This document shows positions 11,075 through 23,000 of a stretch of 64,000 nt of DNA, one piece after another (within the stretch, counting starts at the first letter, position 1; each line of letters begins with the position of its first letter). The position numbers and the translations under genes are program-made. Location of the stretch: the NCBI GenBank assembly GCA_965644315.1, contig CBFFRQ010000008.1:1-64000 (forward strand). The letters run 5' to 3'. This DNA is from Caecitellus pseudoparvulus. Taxonomy: Eukaryota > Protista > Bigyra: Bicosoecida. The notes beneath the pieces were generated by a model. That model did not search any database. It saw only the letters and a list, made by a program, of their open reading frames with translations, and was not told the DNA's origin.

Positions 11075-13330
11075 TCAGCGGCGCGCACGCTTGGCGCTCG
11101 GCGGGCTGAGACCATGGTGCCTTGCTCGCTTCTCCCGCTGGACAAACTGCTCTTCTTCTCGCTGCACCTTGCTGGCCACTCGCTCGACCTGGCCGACAGT
11201 GGCGTGAGCGGATGAGGCGATGCGGCGCGCTGCTGTGTTGGGACTGTACTTGGCAGTCTTGGCCTCTTGCGCCTCCCGCTCCTCCCTGAGCAGTCGGCGA
11301 ATGTTTTGCTTAATCTCTGGCGTGACAGACGAGCTGGCCTTGTGGTACAGGGGCAGGCCAGAGGCCTTGGCTTCCTCGAACGTGGTCGGGGCAGGCACAT
11401 CCGGGCGGCTCTGCAAGGCTGCTGTCAGGGTACCTCGAGCAAAGCCACCGACTTCACCAGTCAGTACAGATCAAAGCTCCAGTGTGGCCGCAACGTCTTG
11501 AGACTTGCTGTGTGTCTCTTCCTGGCGGCATTCATCGCTCGCATACGTGGACAGCAGCTTGGCAGCAGTGGCCTGGTTCTTCTCCAGCCAGTACAGCGTC
11601 AGGTTCATCTCGGCAACATCCACGCGAGTAGATGTGCCCGCTGACACCATGTGCCGCATGCCTGAGTGCAGGCTCTCATTGCCCCCGGTGGTGGTGGCGC
11701 CGTGCACCGCGTCACGCCCATCCAGCAAGCCTTGAAGCCCCACATCGTTTTGCAATGACGCCTTGACCCGAGCACGAACGGCGGGAAAGGAGGACTTGGG
11801 ATCCAGGATGCCGCGTGTGATGCGGCCTTGCACGGCGGTGCCTGCGCCACCTCGCGATTGAGGCGCCCACACCTGGCGAAACCGGCTTGCCGTGCGCTCC
11901 AGTGCCACTGGGGCCTGCTTGTGAGTGCAGGGTCCAATGTGAAGGGGAAGAATGGGCACCCCGCTCGGGTGCACCCCAGCCTGAGTTGGCGTGAAGTGAT
12001 CTCCCCGGCCCCGATGGAGTAGCATGCCTGCTGAAGTGGCACAGGCAGCAGCTAGAGCGAGGAGGGCGAGCTTGCGAAGCCTTGCAGCAGCCCCAACTGC
12101 ACGCCCTGGGCCATGCAGAGCCCACCCAAAGGCTGCGAGAGATGCCTGGATTCGTGCCTTCTGGGGGTCGGACAGGGTCTCGCGTTGCAAGACGCGGCGG
12201 GCACAGTCGATGAAGGCCTGGATGTCGGCGGGCTCAGCAGAGTCCAAGGCGGCTCGTTGCCGAACAATGGCTTCCTCTGACAGGAGCAGTTTGGGAGACA
12301 CCACGCCCAGTGCAGGTGTTCGGATCCACTCCGCTGTGTCAAACCACAGCCTGATCATAAGTGGGCCATCCTGGTGCACGGCTTGCTTGGGAATGGCCTT
12401 GGCGACGGCTGGCGAAGTGCCACGGGTCCACCGCGAACCGCACCACGCCTTTCTCCAGCAGTGGGGGGTGCACGTCAATGATTGCCTGCAGGGCGTGCTG
12501 GTGGGCCTTGAAGTTGTCCACTGTGATGACGCTGGGGTGGGACGCCGCCTGGGCGCGCTCCCGCAAGTGCCCCTTCAGCCTGCATGGCACTAAGCCCAGG
12601 ACCCGGGCCAGGTTCGCCCCACTCTCGTAGCCCGTGAGCATTGGAGGCTGCAGGATGAAGACGTACCGGCCCACAACCGTGGCTATGCAGGGAGCAACTC
12701 GCCACCGAGTCCTGCGTGTGGCCCGCGTGGCCCGGCCTCCGCTGCCCGCACAGGCTTCCTCCTCTGCACCCTCATCGCTGCTGCAGTCGCTGTCTTCTTC
12801 TCCTTTCGGCCAAGCTTTGGGCCCTGCCTCGCCCAGCTCGTGCTGTGGGCTCGCTCGCGCAGCTTTGGCCCTGCGCAGTGGCTGTGGGCCCGCGACGTGC
12901 ACACGGGCCGAAGATGCAAAGGTCCAGTCCACGCTGATGGTGTCAGCAAAGTGCACAAGGGCCTGCAGGTACCCCTCGAAATGCGGGTTGACAGTGGCAT
13001 GGCAGATGTGCAGGATGGCATCCCGTAGAGGCTTCACACTTGTGCCGGATCGCACCCTGCCAACGACGTGCTTTCTGGCTCGGCGCCCGGCTCGGACCAC
13101 TGCGTGCTGCATCTCAGGTCATTCACCGAGAGAGGAGTGCTTTCTGGACAGCGTCTCTTTCCAGGAGTCAACCTTGTGTTCAAAGGCCGCATGAGGTCTC
13201 GCCAGAAGGCTGCCTGCACCTTGACGGTGCCTTCGCGGTGGCGCATGACGGTGCACTCCCACAGGCGAAAGGCGTGCACGCGATGTGCACAGTGTGGCGT
13301 GTCTGAAGGCGAGGGGTATGCAATCTACGA
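11075..13330 (-). pseudogene. Disrupted DDE transposase remnant (DxxH-containing, Mutator/ISL3-like RNase H fold)
   Basis: Motifs in order across frames: ISVDWTF (~12928), PSVITVDN (~12517), AVDPWHF (~12420), TGGNESLH (~11676). Frameshift near 12400 and a stop near 13119. TIRs not identified; boundaries approximate. Confidence 0.55.
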
Positions 13331-14107
13331 CACTTGATGCAGGCTGCGTGTGGGAGAGTCTGCGCTGGCAAGGGCGAGTTTGACGCCATGCCTGGCTGGG
13401 CCGTGGGTATGTCTGCTGCTGTAGGGCTAGAGGCAGGTTTGTGGGTGGAGAGACACCCAAGCGTGCTCCTGTAAGACGTGGATGGTTAGCCCTGGCTGTG
13501 TAATCTTTGCAGTGGTGTTGATGCGTCATTCACGGGGCGTTCCTTGACCGTGAAAGTGACTTCCTTTCATGTGGCGTGCCAACTCGCTGCTGGAGAAGTT
13601 CTCGGCACTGTCCTGAGTCTTTGACAAAGCCTGCCTGTGCGTCCTTCTGGTGCATCCCTTCGCTCCAGGTCTCTGCCGGCCTGGCCCAGGCACGGCTTCA
13701 TAGACCAGGCCAAGCTTGACACTTTCTCCACCATGGCACAACTCTAATCCAACCGTGCTACGGGCGACAGAAATCCATACCTGAAACAATCATACGAAGA
13801 CCTTTGCTCGCTGTCGGTGTGAGTCTGCCCATCCCTGCACTGTGTCAGGAGGTGGTGCGTGCAGCGCTGGCATGTCGCTTGCCGTTGCGATTTCCGCACC
13901 AGCAGCTCTGCCGCATTCTTCGCACAACGAACGACACAGCTGCTGGCCTTGCATATCCACAGGCTTGACATCGACACTGTTCCACTGCCTTTTCTGCTGT
14001 GCACCTGCTGCTCTTCTGTGCGCCATCATTGAGCTTCCCCTGCACAAGCTTGGTTCAACCTGTGGCTCCATCCTCAGCGTCGGGCACTTGGCACCCTGGC
14101 GTCAGTC

Positions 14108-15727
14108 ATGGCAACCGTTGACGGCCCAGAACATCTAAACCCCCAGTGGAAAGCTGCTTGTGAAGAGGGAGGTGCAGATCAGCTGTGGCGCATCTTGCAG
14201 CAAGCCAGCGCGCAGACCGCCACTTTGGCTGTAGTTCTGGACAAGTCAGACACAGCAGCAGGGTTTCAGGTTGCGTGCAGAAGAGGCCATGTGAAGTTGA
14301 TGCAGGTGCTACTGGCTCTGACAGGGGATCTGGTGGTGGATGTGCATGCGGCAGATGAGCGTGGACCCGAGGCCGCGTTCCGAGATGCTTGCCGCAATGG
14401 CCGCACAGACGTCGTGCGTGAGCTGCTGGCCCTCACTGGGGCGCGGGAAGTGGATGTGCACGCGACGGATGAGCATGGTCCTGACGCCGCCTTCCGATGG
14501 GCATGCGCTGGCGGCCACACAGACGTTGTGCGTGAGCTTCTGGGCCTGCATGGTGGGCGGGCAGTGGATGTGCACATGGCGGATGTGTATGGACCTGAAG
14601 CCGCTTTCCGATGGGCGTGCCGCAATGGCCATACAGAAATCGTGCGTGAGCTGTTGGCCCTAAGTGGGGCGCGGGAAGTGGATGTGCATGCGGTGGATAT
14701 GTCAGGCCCTTACGCCGCATTCCGAGGTGCATGCGTTTGGGGCCACCTCGACATTGTACGTGAGCTGCTGGCTCTCACTGGGGCGCGGGCAGTGGACGTG
14801 CACGCGGCAGATGGGGGTGGGCCTGAGGCCGCCTTCCGATGGGCATGCCGCGCTGGCCACACAGAAATCGTGCGTGAGCTGCTGGGCCTGACTGGGGTGC
14901 GTGCAGTGGATGTGCACACAGCTGATATGTATGGATCTGAGTGTGCTTTTCGAGGCGCATGCGAGAATGGCCACATAGACATCGTGCGTGAGCTGCTGGG
15001 CCTCACTGGGGCGCGGGAAGTGGATGTGCACGCGGGGGATCGTGATGGGTCCGAGGCCGCCTTCCGAGGCGCATGCCACAATGGTCGCACAGATATCGTG
15101 CGTGAGCTGCTGGCCCTCAGTGGGGCGCGGGAAGTGGATGTGCACGCGGCGGATGGGGATGGGCCCGAGGCAGGCTTCCGAGGGGCATGCCACAATGGTC
15201 GCACAGATATCGTGCGCGAGCTGCTGGCCCTAAGAGGCTCACGAGAAGTGGATGTGCACGCGGCGGATGGGGATGGGCCCGAGGCAGGCTTCCGAGGTGC
15301 ATGCGCTTATGGCCACACAGACATCGTGCGCGAGCTGCTGGCCCTAAGAGGCTCACGAGAAGTGGATGTGCACGCCGGGGATTGGCAAGGACCCGAGGCC
15401 GCCTTCAAGTGGGCGTGTGCCAACGGCCACACGGGAATCGTGTGTGAGCTGCTCACCCTCGCTGGTGTTCGCGAAGTGGATGTTCACGTTGCAGATGAGG
15501 ATGAACCCGAGGGCGCCTTCAGATTGGCATGCGCCAATGGCCACACTGACGTCGTGCGTGAGCTGCTGGGCCTCACTGGTCACAGGGCAATCCCATCTCA
15601 AGTCTGGCAGCAACAAAGGGACTTAGTTGTGCAACCGGCGCGTGATGCAGCGTGGGCTGGCACCAGCACTCGACAAGGGCGACGTGCCATGCTCTTGCTG
15701 AGGTCTCATGGTGGGCGCCCAGGGTGA
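14108..15727 (+). CDS. Ankyrin-repeat protein
   Basis: About 12 tandem 38-aa units AAFRxACxNGHTDIVRELLALxGAREVDVHAADxxGPE (114-bp DNA repeat). Confidence 0.93.
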   Translation: MATVDGPEHLNPQWKAACEEGGADQLWRILQQASAQTATLAVVLDKSDTAAGFQVACRRGHVKLMQVLLALTGDLVVDVHAADERGPEAAFRDACRNGRTDVVRELLALTGAREVDVHATDEHGPDAAFRWACAGGHTDVVRELLGLHGGRAVDVHMADVYGPEAAFRWACRNGHTEIVRELLALSGAREVDVHAVDMSGPYAAFRGACVWGHLDIVRELLALTGARAVDVHAADGGGPEAAFRWACRAGHTEIVRELLGLTGVRAVDVHTADMYGSECAFRGACENGHIDIVRELLGLTGAREVDVHAGDRDGSEAAFRGACHNGRTDIVRELLALSGAREVDVHAADGDGPEAGFRGACHNGRTDIVRELLALRGSREVDVHAADGDGPEAGFRGACAYGHTDIVRELLALRGSREVDVHAGDWQGPEAAFKWACANGHTGIVCELLTLAGVREVDVHVADEDEPEGAFRLACANGHTDVVRELLGLTGHRAIPSQVWQQQRDLVVQPARDAAWAGTSTRQGRRAMLLLRSHGGRPG

Positions 15728-16350
15728 CGTGTTTGCTCAAATACTGTACTCGGGGCCGGCGGGGAGCCCGATAGATCTTGCAAGCTTTGTACCCCTCCCT
15801 CTCACACACCATAGGCGCCATGACTCCTCAAGGAGCGTCCATTTCTCACTCCTGAGCTGCCTTCTTTCGATAAGCGTCATTCGCTCTAGCTCCTCCACAC
15901 CCCCGCAGGTCTTTTTCTCACTTCCATTTAACTATCACTTGCCATAATCAAGCCAATGCCGACGCACAAACAACAGTCAACTCTGGATAAATGCCTGCTG
16001 CCCTCCTATCCCCCAGGTCTGTCCTGTCGCTGCCTACTGGCTTTGCCTTCCTTCCTTCTCATCGAGTGCGGAAATCGGTTGCCAGCACAGGCAGATTCGC
16101 CTTCACACCTCCAGCCTGGAAGGTCAGGTTCAACGAAGCACTCAAGAAATACACAGTATACTATAGTTTACCTCTCTTTATGGCCTCTGCACCGGCTGCC
16201 TCAGCCGCTGCCTGCCCCCCCCACGATGCAGGAGTGGCTTCTGCACTCCCAGCTTCACAAGCCCAGCTTGGGCACCTGATTCCCGCAACTTTAGCACCTA
16301 CCAAGCCCCACTACCGTCCCTGCCCCGGAATCTACAAGACATTCAAGTCC

Positions 16351-17793
16351 ATGGAGGCTTCTAGCGGATCTGGAGCGCGCTTTCTCTGGCCTGCCCCAGC
16401 ACACACTTCGCTGCCTGACCCACCTCTACTTGCCTGCCCAACGCATCATCCCCACCTGTCACAGCTGGGGAGCGAACCGCCTGTTTCTGAACCACTCTCC
16501 ACTCTGACCCGTATCTTGCACGTTCCAACGGCTCCCAGGGCCCCCTATCGGCGGCGGCAGCGGGAGGCCAAGAGCGTGCTGCACTGGGGTCAGCGCAAAC
16601 TGCTGGTGGCTGAGGTGGAGTTCTTGACGCTCATGGCCGTGCCGGGGCAGCACGTAGTGTACGCAGGGGCTGCACCAGGCACACACATCCCCTTCCTGGC
16701 GCATCTGTTCCCCTCTCTAACTTTCCACTTGTACGACCCGGCGCCCTTCTCCATCGCATCGCGACACAACATCTCCATTCACCCGTCTTTCTTCAGTGTG
16801 TCCACGGCACGCCAGTGGAGTGATTTGAACACTCTTTTCATCAGCGACGTCCGTTCCGGGGACTGGCGAGCTCAAGACCCCGCAGGCATGGATGCCGTCG
16901 TGGCGGCGGACATGGCAGCTCAAGCTGACTGGGCGGAAGCCATGCAGCCCGCCGCGTCTCTGCTGAAGTTCAGACTACCGTACAGCGCAGGCACCACGCA
17001 GTACCTGGATGGAGTCCTCATGTTGCCAGTGTGGGGCCCGCCCACCACATCGGAGTGCAGACTCATCGTGCCGCGTGGCGCCGGGCATACAACTTGGGAC
17101 CACACGGTGCACAGCGAGGCCATGTTCGCGTTCAACACGCGCCAGCGCTTGACAGCCTTCCGTCATGGAGTGCAAGCACGGGGCGTGGATGGTTGCTACG
17201 ACTGTGCAGCAGAAGTGCTGGTGTGGGAGCGCTTCCTGCGCAGCTCGTGGCATCCGACCTCCCCTGCGGAGCTAGGTATGGAAGACAGCATCGCCCAGCT
17301 CATGCACCTAGCCAGCGTGCACTGCTCGCCACACGGACTGCGCCACCTGGACACCCGTGTCAGGGCCGATCGCTGGTATCATGTATCGCACTACGATGCG
17401 GCCGCCGGGACTGTCCAGTACAGCGAGCCGCCGCCACCCACCAAACGGCCCAGGCGTCTTGGCATGCATTGTTCCACATCAACGGCGCCCGCCACCGCCG
17501 CGCCCGCCACCGCCGCGCCTGCCGCCTCCACGGCCACCTCCACGGCCACCACCGCCACGGCCGCCACCTCGGCCGCCCTGAGGGGGGTCGCGTCGGGGGA
17601 CGCCACCCCGCCCCTCCACACGCAGTCCCTGCACCCCCCGCAGGCCCATCTTGCCAACTGTCTTGGCCTGCAGGCTGGGCGGCTCGGGGGCGCCACAATC
17701 AGCGGTGGCAAAGTCGTTGCACACTGCCACGAGGTCGGCCGTGCTCCACCCGAGGCGCTTCATGTTGCCGTTGTAGAAGCCCAGCATGGCTGA
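16351..17793 (+). CDS. VP39-like cap-specific mRNA (nucleoside-2'-O)-methyltransferase (poxvirus poly(A) polymerase regulatory subunit family)
   Basis: HWGQRKLL..EVEFL, VVYAGAAPGTHI, LFISDVRS, LLKFRLPY and TTSECRL give the K-D-K-E tetrad. Start uncertain (ORF open from 15991). Confidence 0.88.
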   Translation: MEASSGSGARFLWPAPAHTSLPDPPLLACPTHHPHLSQLGSEPPVSEPLSTLTRILHVPTAPRAPYRRRQREAKSVLHWGQRKLLVAEVEFLTLMAVPGQHVVYAGAAPGTHIPFLAHLFPSLTFHLYDPAPFSIASRHNISIHPSFFSVSTARQWSDLNTLFISDVRSGDWRAQDPAGMDAVVAADMAAQADWAEAMQPAASLLKFRLPYSAGTTQYLDGVLMLPVWGPPTTSECRLIVPRGAGHTTWDHTVHSEAMFAFNTRQRLTAFRHGVQARGVDGCYDCAAEVLVWERFLRSSWHPTSPAELGMEDSIAQLMHLASVHCSPHGLRHLDTRVRADRWYHVSHYDAAAGTVQYSEPPPPTKRPRRLGMHCSTSTAPATAAPATAAPAASTATSTATTATAATSAALRGVASGDATPPLHTQSLHPPQAHLANCLGLQAGRLGGATISGGKVVAHCHEVGRAPPEALHVAVVEAQHG

Positions 17794-19151
17794 GTATCCC
17801 ATGCTGATGGTGATGGGCTTCAAGCGGCGCACGGCAGCCGACACAGTGGCGATTGCGGTGGCATCGCCTGCCAAGCTGCCCGCGGCACGTGCCTGTGTCG
17901 GCTGGTCACGCAGCTCCTTGAGGAAGCGCTGTTCGTGCTCCGCCAGGAGCAAGACACCGATGCCGCTCTTGCCGGCACGGGCTGTTCGGCCCAGGCGGTG
18001 GGTGTACTGCGCCTTGTCTTGGGGCAGGCCCACCTGCACCACCATGGACACGTCTGGATAGTCCATGCCGCGGGCCGACACGTCGCTGGTGAAGAGGATG
18101 CGGGCGTGGTTGTCACGGAAGTCCTTGGAGACACGCTCCCTGTGGGACTGGCTCTTGCGCGAGTGCGTCTCGAGGATGGGCAGCTTCATGCTGGCGAACA
18201 GCTCGGCGTGCAGCTGGGTCAGGCGTGCGGTCACGAAGAACACGACGATCTTGAAGTCGGGGTCGCGCATGCCCTCCTGCAAGACGCTGTACAGCTCCAG
18301 GAACTGGGTGCGGGCAGGGAACACGGTCACGTGCTGTGGCACACGGGCATGCGTGTCGTGGTCCTCCCCAACACAGTCCACATGCTCAAAAGCGTCACGC
18401 AGTGCGAAGCGCGCGATGCCCATGACATCCTTGGGCATGGTGGCTGAGAACAACAGGCACTGACGCGTGTCCTTGGGCGGCAGCATCTTGAGCATCTGCG
18501 TGATGGCTGGGCGGAAGCCCATCTCCAGGAGCTGGTCGGCCTCGTCGAAGATGAGGGTGCGCAGGCCCTGCATGGCATCGGCCAGTCCGCTGTTCTCCAG
18601 GTGATCGTTCAGGCGCCCCGGCGTCGCGACGAGGATGTCGGGGAACTTCAGGCGCCGGAAGGTCTGCAGGTCGCGCTTCATGTTGGTGCCGCCGTACACG
18701 CACTGCAGGGAAATGTCAGGCAGGAAGGACAGCAGCTGCTTGGCTTCCGTTTCGATCTGGCAGGCCAGCTCACGGGTGGGCGAGATGACCAGCACAGACG
18801 TGCGGCCGGCACGCTGGGCCACAGGCACCTGGGTGTGCAGCTGGTGGATGGCGGGGATCAGGAAGCCGAGGGTCTTGCCCGTGCCCGTCTTGGCCTTGGT
18901 CAGCAGGTCCCCGCCCAGGATTGCGCGGGGGATGGCAGCCTCCTGCACCGCTGTCATGATCTCATACCCCAACACCTCCCGGATCGCCTGCAGGATCTCA
19001 GGTGCCACACCCGCCGTGGCCAGATCGGCAAACTTGGTCTTGCCCATTGCTGCCCGGGTGGTGCTGGAGGTCCTGGAGTGGGGGTTGGCCACTGCGCCGC
19101 CGCCCCCACCTCCACTAGCGGCTGCAGCGCTGGCTGGAGCAGGCGCAGCAC

Positions 19152-19183
<32 letters not shown>

Positions 19184-19435
19184 CTTCCGCCGCCGCCACC
19201 ACCGCCACCACGGCCACCACCACCCTGGCCGCCTCGCCGACGGCGGTTGCGAGCCCTCTTGCTGGCAGACTGCCTCCCGCCAGAAGACTGGCTGGAGCCA
19301 GGCGGGCCCTCAGCCGGCCGCCGTTGACCGCCCAAGCGGGGGAAACTTGCTGTGCAGGAAGAGTGGAGTGAAGCCTTGCAATTATTCGCAATACCAGACA
19401 TACCCCGCAGGTGTTGCGCACTCACCGTCAGCCAT
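17479..19435 (-). CDS. DEAD-box RNA helicase (MSS116/Has1-like group) with RGG tail
   Basis: AKTGTGKT, SPTRELA, TPGRL, DEAD, SAT, ARGMD and HRLGRTAR motifs. ATG at 19435 with an in-frame intron 19425-19350. Confidence 0.95.
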
Positions 19436-20001
19436 GGTTCAGGCTGGTGGAAACGCTACCTGTGTGGACGGGAAAATGGTTGACGTGAAACGCCGGCTCC
19501 AAGCGCACGCAGTGCCGCAAGCACAGCGTGCAAGAGCAGGGCACAGAGCCGGGCTACTCGCAACGCAAGACACTTCTGCCTTGAAAACCCAAGCCCTACA
19601 CCATCCTTCTAAGCTCCCTCGTGCCTCAGGCACGGAGCAGTGCCCACGCCCTAAACGTTCTGGCTGACTGTTGCCGCTGTGGTGAAACGCCGCCAAGCCA
19701 GGTGCAGGCGTCACCGCGTCAGCAAAGGCACACAGTCCCCAAACAGCCAACTGACATGCTCCTATACTAGAGCTCTCCCCGTGTGAGTCACCCTGTCATG
19801 CAGTTCTACTCACGGAAAAAACGGGCGGTTGCGATGAAAGCGGTGTGACACGAAGATGCGAAGGGGGGCTGGCTCGCGAGACACAATGCGAGCGGAAGGA
19901 ATGAAGTGTCGCTGTGCTCCAGCTACCCACTCGTCAGTGTCTGCATTCTCAGACTACTCAACCCCCCAAAAACTTCCACCCCAGCCCCCCCCCTCGCCGC
20001 C

Positions 20002-23000
20002 TCAGCCCACGACAACAACAGCCGAGGGACTGGAGCCAAACGTTTCAGCGCAGTACATCTCCTCAGCCCGCGCAGGCGGCGCAGTGAAGCGGCCTGGAGT
20101 GCTGGCCAGGGCAACATATGTCATCTCGTGCCTGCCTGCCGGCAGGTTTGTGCAGAACATGCCCACGCGGTCTGGCCACTTGGACTGAGCGTCAGGGGAC
20201 AGCGGCGAAACACGACCCACACCAAAGCTGCCGCGGCCAAAGCTCACGTCGGTGCTGAGGTCCTCCCGCAGCGGCTCCAGCCCTGCAGGCAAGTGGTCCA
20301 CAATGGCGACGTGCTGCCGTGCCTCGGAGTTCTCAATGAGCAGTCGCACCTGCACCTTCAAACCAGCCCGCACCGCCACATCCACACCCTCGGCATCGAC
20401 GGGCACACTCCCCGTGGCGCCCCCTCGGAGGCGCTGCACTGTGTACTGCCGCTGGACACGGAAGCCTCTGTCCAGCGCTGAGCGCTGCAGTTCGGAGCTG
20501 ACAGTGCGCAGGGCGACACGGAAGAACAGGCGGCTAGGCGTTGGAGACGGCGTTTCTGGGTTCAGCGCATCCTTGGCAAGCACGACGCGGAACTCCCGAG
20601 CGGGCGCCTCACCCGAGGCAGTCGCCGCAGCGGTCTGCGCGTCACCTTCCTGCAGCAGGTTGGACAGGAAGCCAGTGCTCACCCTGGTCACCTTGCTGTC
20701 CAGGCTGTGCCCAGAAAATTCCTCTGCCGCGACAAGCCGAGGGCCCACCCACACACGAGCCTTGGCCTGAGGCGGCTGCGACTCGAACACGGCAAAGTAC
20801 TCAGCCAGGGCGAACACCGCCCAACCATTGGCGTGTGTCGTGGACCAGGAGCCAGCGCGTGTCCGGTGTGCCAGCAGCCCCTTGACACTGCGCGTGATGG
20901 CGTCGTCTGACGTGCACCGGGTCTTGAGCTGTGCCAGCAAGGCGAGCGCGCAGGACCGAGCTGGGTGATCCAGCAGCGCACCTGTGCCGTCTGGCACCTT
21001 GTTCCCGTAAAATGTCTGCGAGGCAGTGTGCCCAGCGTGGTTGGCGAGCGCCGCTGCCAACACCGGCAACGCTTCCGCACAGGCAGCCAGATGCTCCTTC
21101 AACTCCTCCACATGTGTCATGGGTGCAGGTGTTGAAGTCGCAGCCTCCCCCTCTGCGCCTGCGTCACTTGCAGGATACGCCACGGCGCCGGCAGCCCGTG
21201 CTGCTGCTTCAGCCTCTGCCGCTGCCCGTGCCGCAGCGTCCATGTCCTCGGCAACCGCCTGCTCCACGCCCACAGTCCCGTCATCCGTGAACAACACCAG
21301 CATGAACAGTGACAGCGTCTCACTGTCCATGCGAGACAGGTTCAAGTCGGCTGCCGCTGCGCCGCCACCAGCCTGGGCGGAGAGGTACCGGAGAGTTCCC
21401 AGGGCCAGGCGCCTGCACTGCAACAGCTCCAACGCAACTGTGCTCTTGGGCCGCGTTGGCGGTCCAGCAGCTGGCTCCTGGTCTCCCGCACCCGCTTCAG
21501 CCTTGAGTTCTTGCAGCAAAAAGAGGCTAGTGCAGTACAACGCCTGCGCCAGCATGCGCAAGGATGCCTGTGCCGACAGCTTTCCGCTGAACAGCGTGTC
21601 AAAGGCGGTGATTCGAGGGGGCTGCCGGCCCTGTGCAACCAGCTTGTCGTGCTCCTGGATGCAGCTCTTCATGGCAGACAGCACATTGCGCAGGTACTTG
21701 GAAAGGCCCGAGGTGAGCTGGGCGGGCACCTGGAAACCATGCTGAAGCGCCACGGCGCAGGCAAGGGCAGCTGACATGCTGGTGATGGGCAGGGAGCGAG
21801 ACCTAGACGAGCCACCAAAGCCAGAGGAAGTGGTGCTGAGCCGTCCCCAGAAAGTGAAGCCGCCATCAGACTGCTGGCATGCCCACAGCATCTGCAAGTC
21901 CTCTTCCACGCGGCAGGCGATGGCGTCCCGGCTGGGCCACGTTTCGGGTTTGAACGCGCCGGCAGCAGGGCTGATGGCAGCCAGCGCCAGGATGCGGCTG
22001 CTGCGCTGCTCCACGCAGTCGTATGGGTAGTCTGCCAAGTCCGCAACAGCATCCCCAATGCACTGCAAGATGGAGGAAGAAGCCTCCACCACGAGGCCAC
22101 CGTCGTTCAACAGGACACTCTGTGGCAGATGCAGGGGCACAGCCAGCGCAGTGCCATCACCCGCCAGTTCGCAGTACGACGCGAACGACGACACAGCTGT
22201 GGGGAGGCGCACGGGCAGCGTGCTGAGCTGGCAATCCCGAATGGCTTCGCGATCAGGCAGTGGCTGCAGGTCCTTCCCCACAGGCACGCCTTCCACGAGC
22301 ACACGCACGTCTGCAGGGGGCAGGCGGTGCACGCCTCGGATGGCAATGCTGCCCCCTGCAGCTCGCACCACCCGCGCAGCCACGGTCATGCGCGCCTGAC
22401 TCTTGGGGGGCACAATCGTGCTCACGCCAGCTGCCCCGTGCGCCTTGTCTGGGGTGTAGCCCTGGTCTCCTTCTGCCGGGCCGGCGGATCCCAGGAGCAC
22501 GCCATCCGCTGCGAGGACTGCCTTCACTGCCAGAGTATCGGACGTGTTGTTGCTCACGACCACTGGCATATCAAACACATCACCGTAGGAGAGGAAGCGA
22601 GGGAATGCAGGTCGGACTTCCAGTGGCAGGGCCGTCTCCACAGCCGTGCTGCCGACCTTGCCAGACACGCCATGGCGCAGCAAAGACGATAGCCCATCCC
22701 CGTCTGGAGCAGGAGGTGCCACGGCGGTGGCCATGAATCGGATGGACGTCAGCGAGTCGCTGAGCTTCACAGGCACAGTCACCCGCCCTGTTGCGTCCGT
22801 CACGAGGCCAGGACAAAAGGCAACAAGTGGCCCGAAGTCCTGTCGCATATCCACGCTGTCAGAGGGCGGGGCGGGGGGGCGGTAGTTCGGGTCCCCTCCG
22901 CCGCGCAGACGCAGCACCAGGTGCAGGGTGGTATCGTTCTGGATGTTGTAGTCCAACAGCGTGCGGCCGTCCTCCAGCTGCTTCCCAGCGAAGATCAGGC

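Noticed and set aside
14270-15585. CRISPR-like repeat-spacer array
   Set aside because: In-frame 114-bp coding repeats with no unique spacers, in a eukaryotic context.
19155-19183. (CTG)n microsatellite
   Set aside because: Ordinary poly-Gln tract in the helicase N-terminus.
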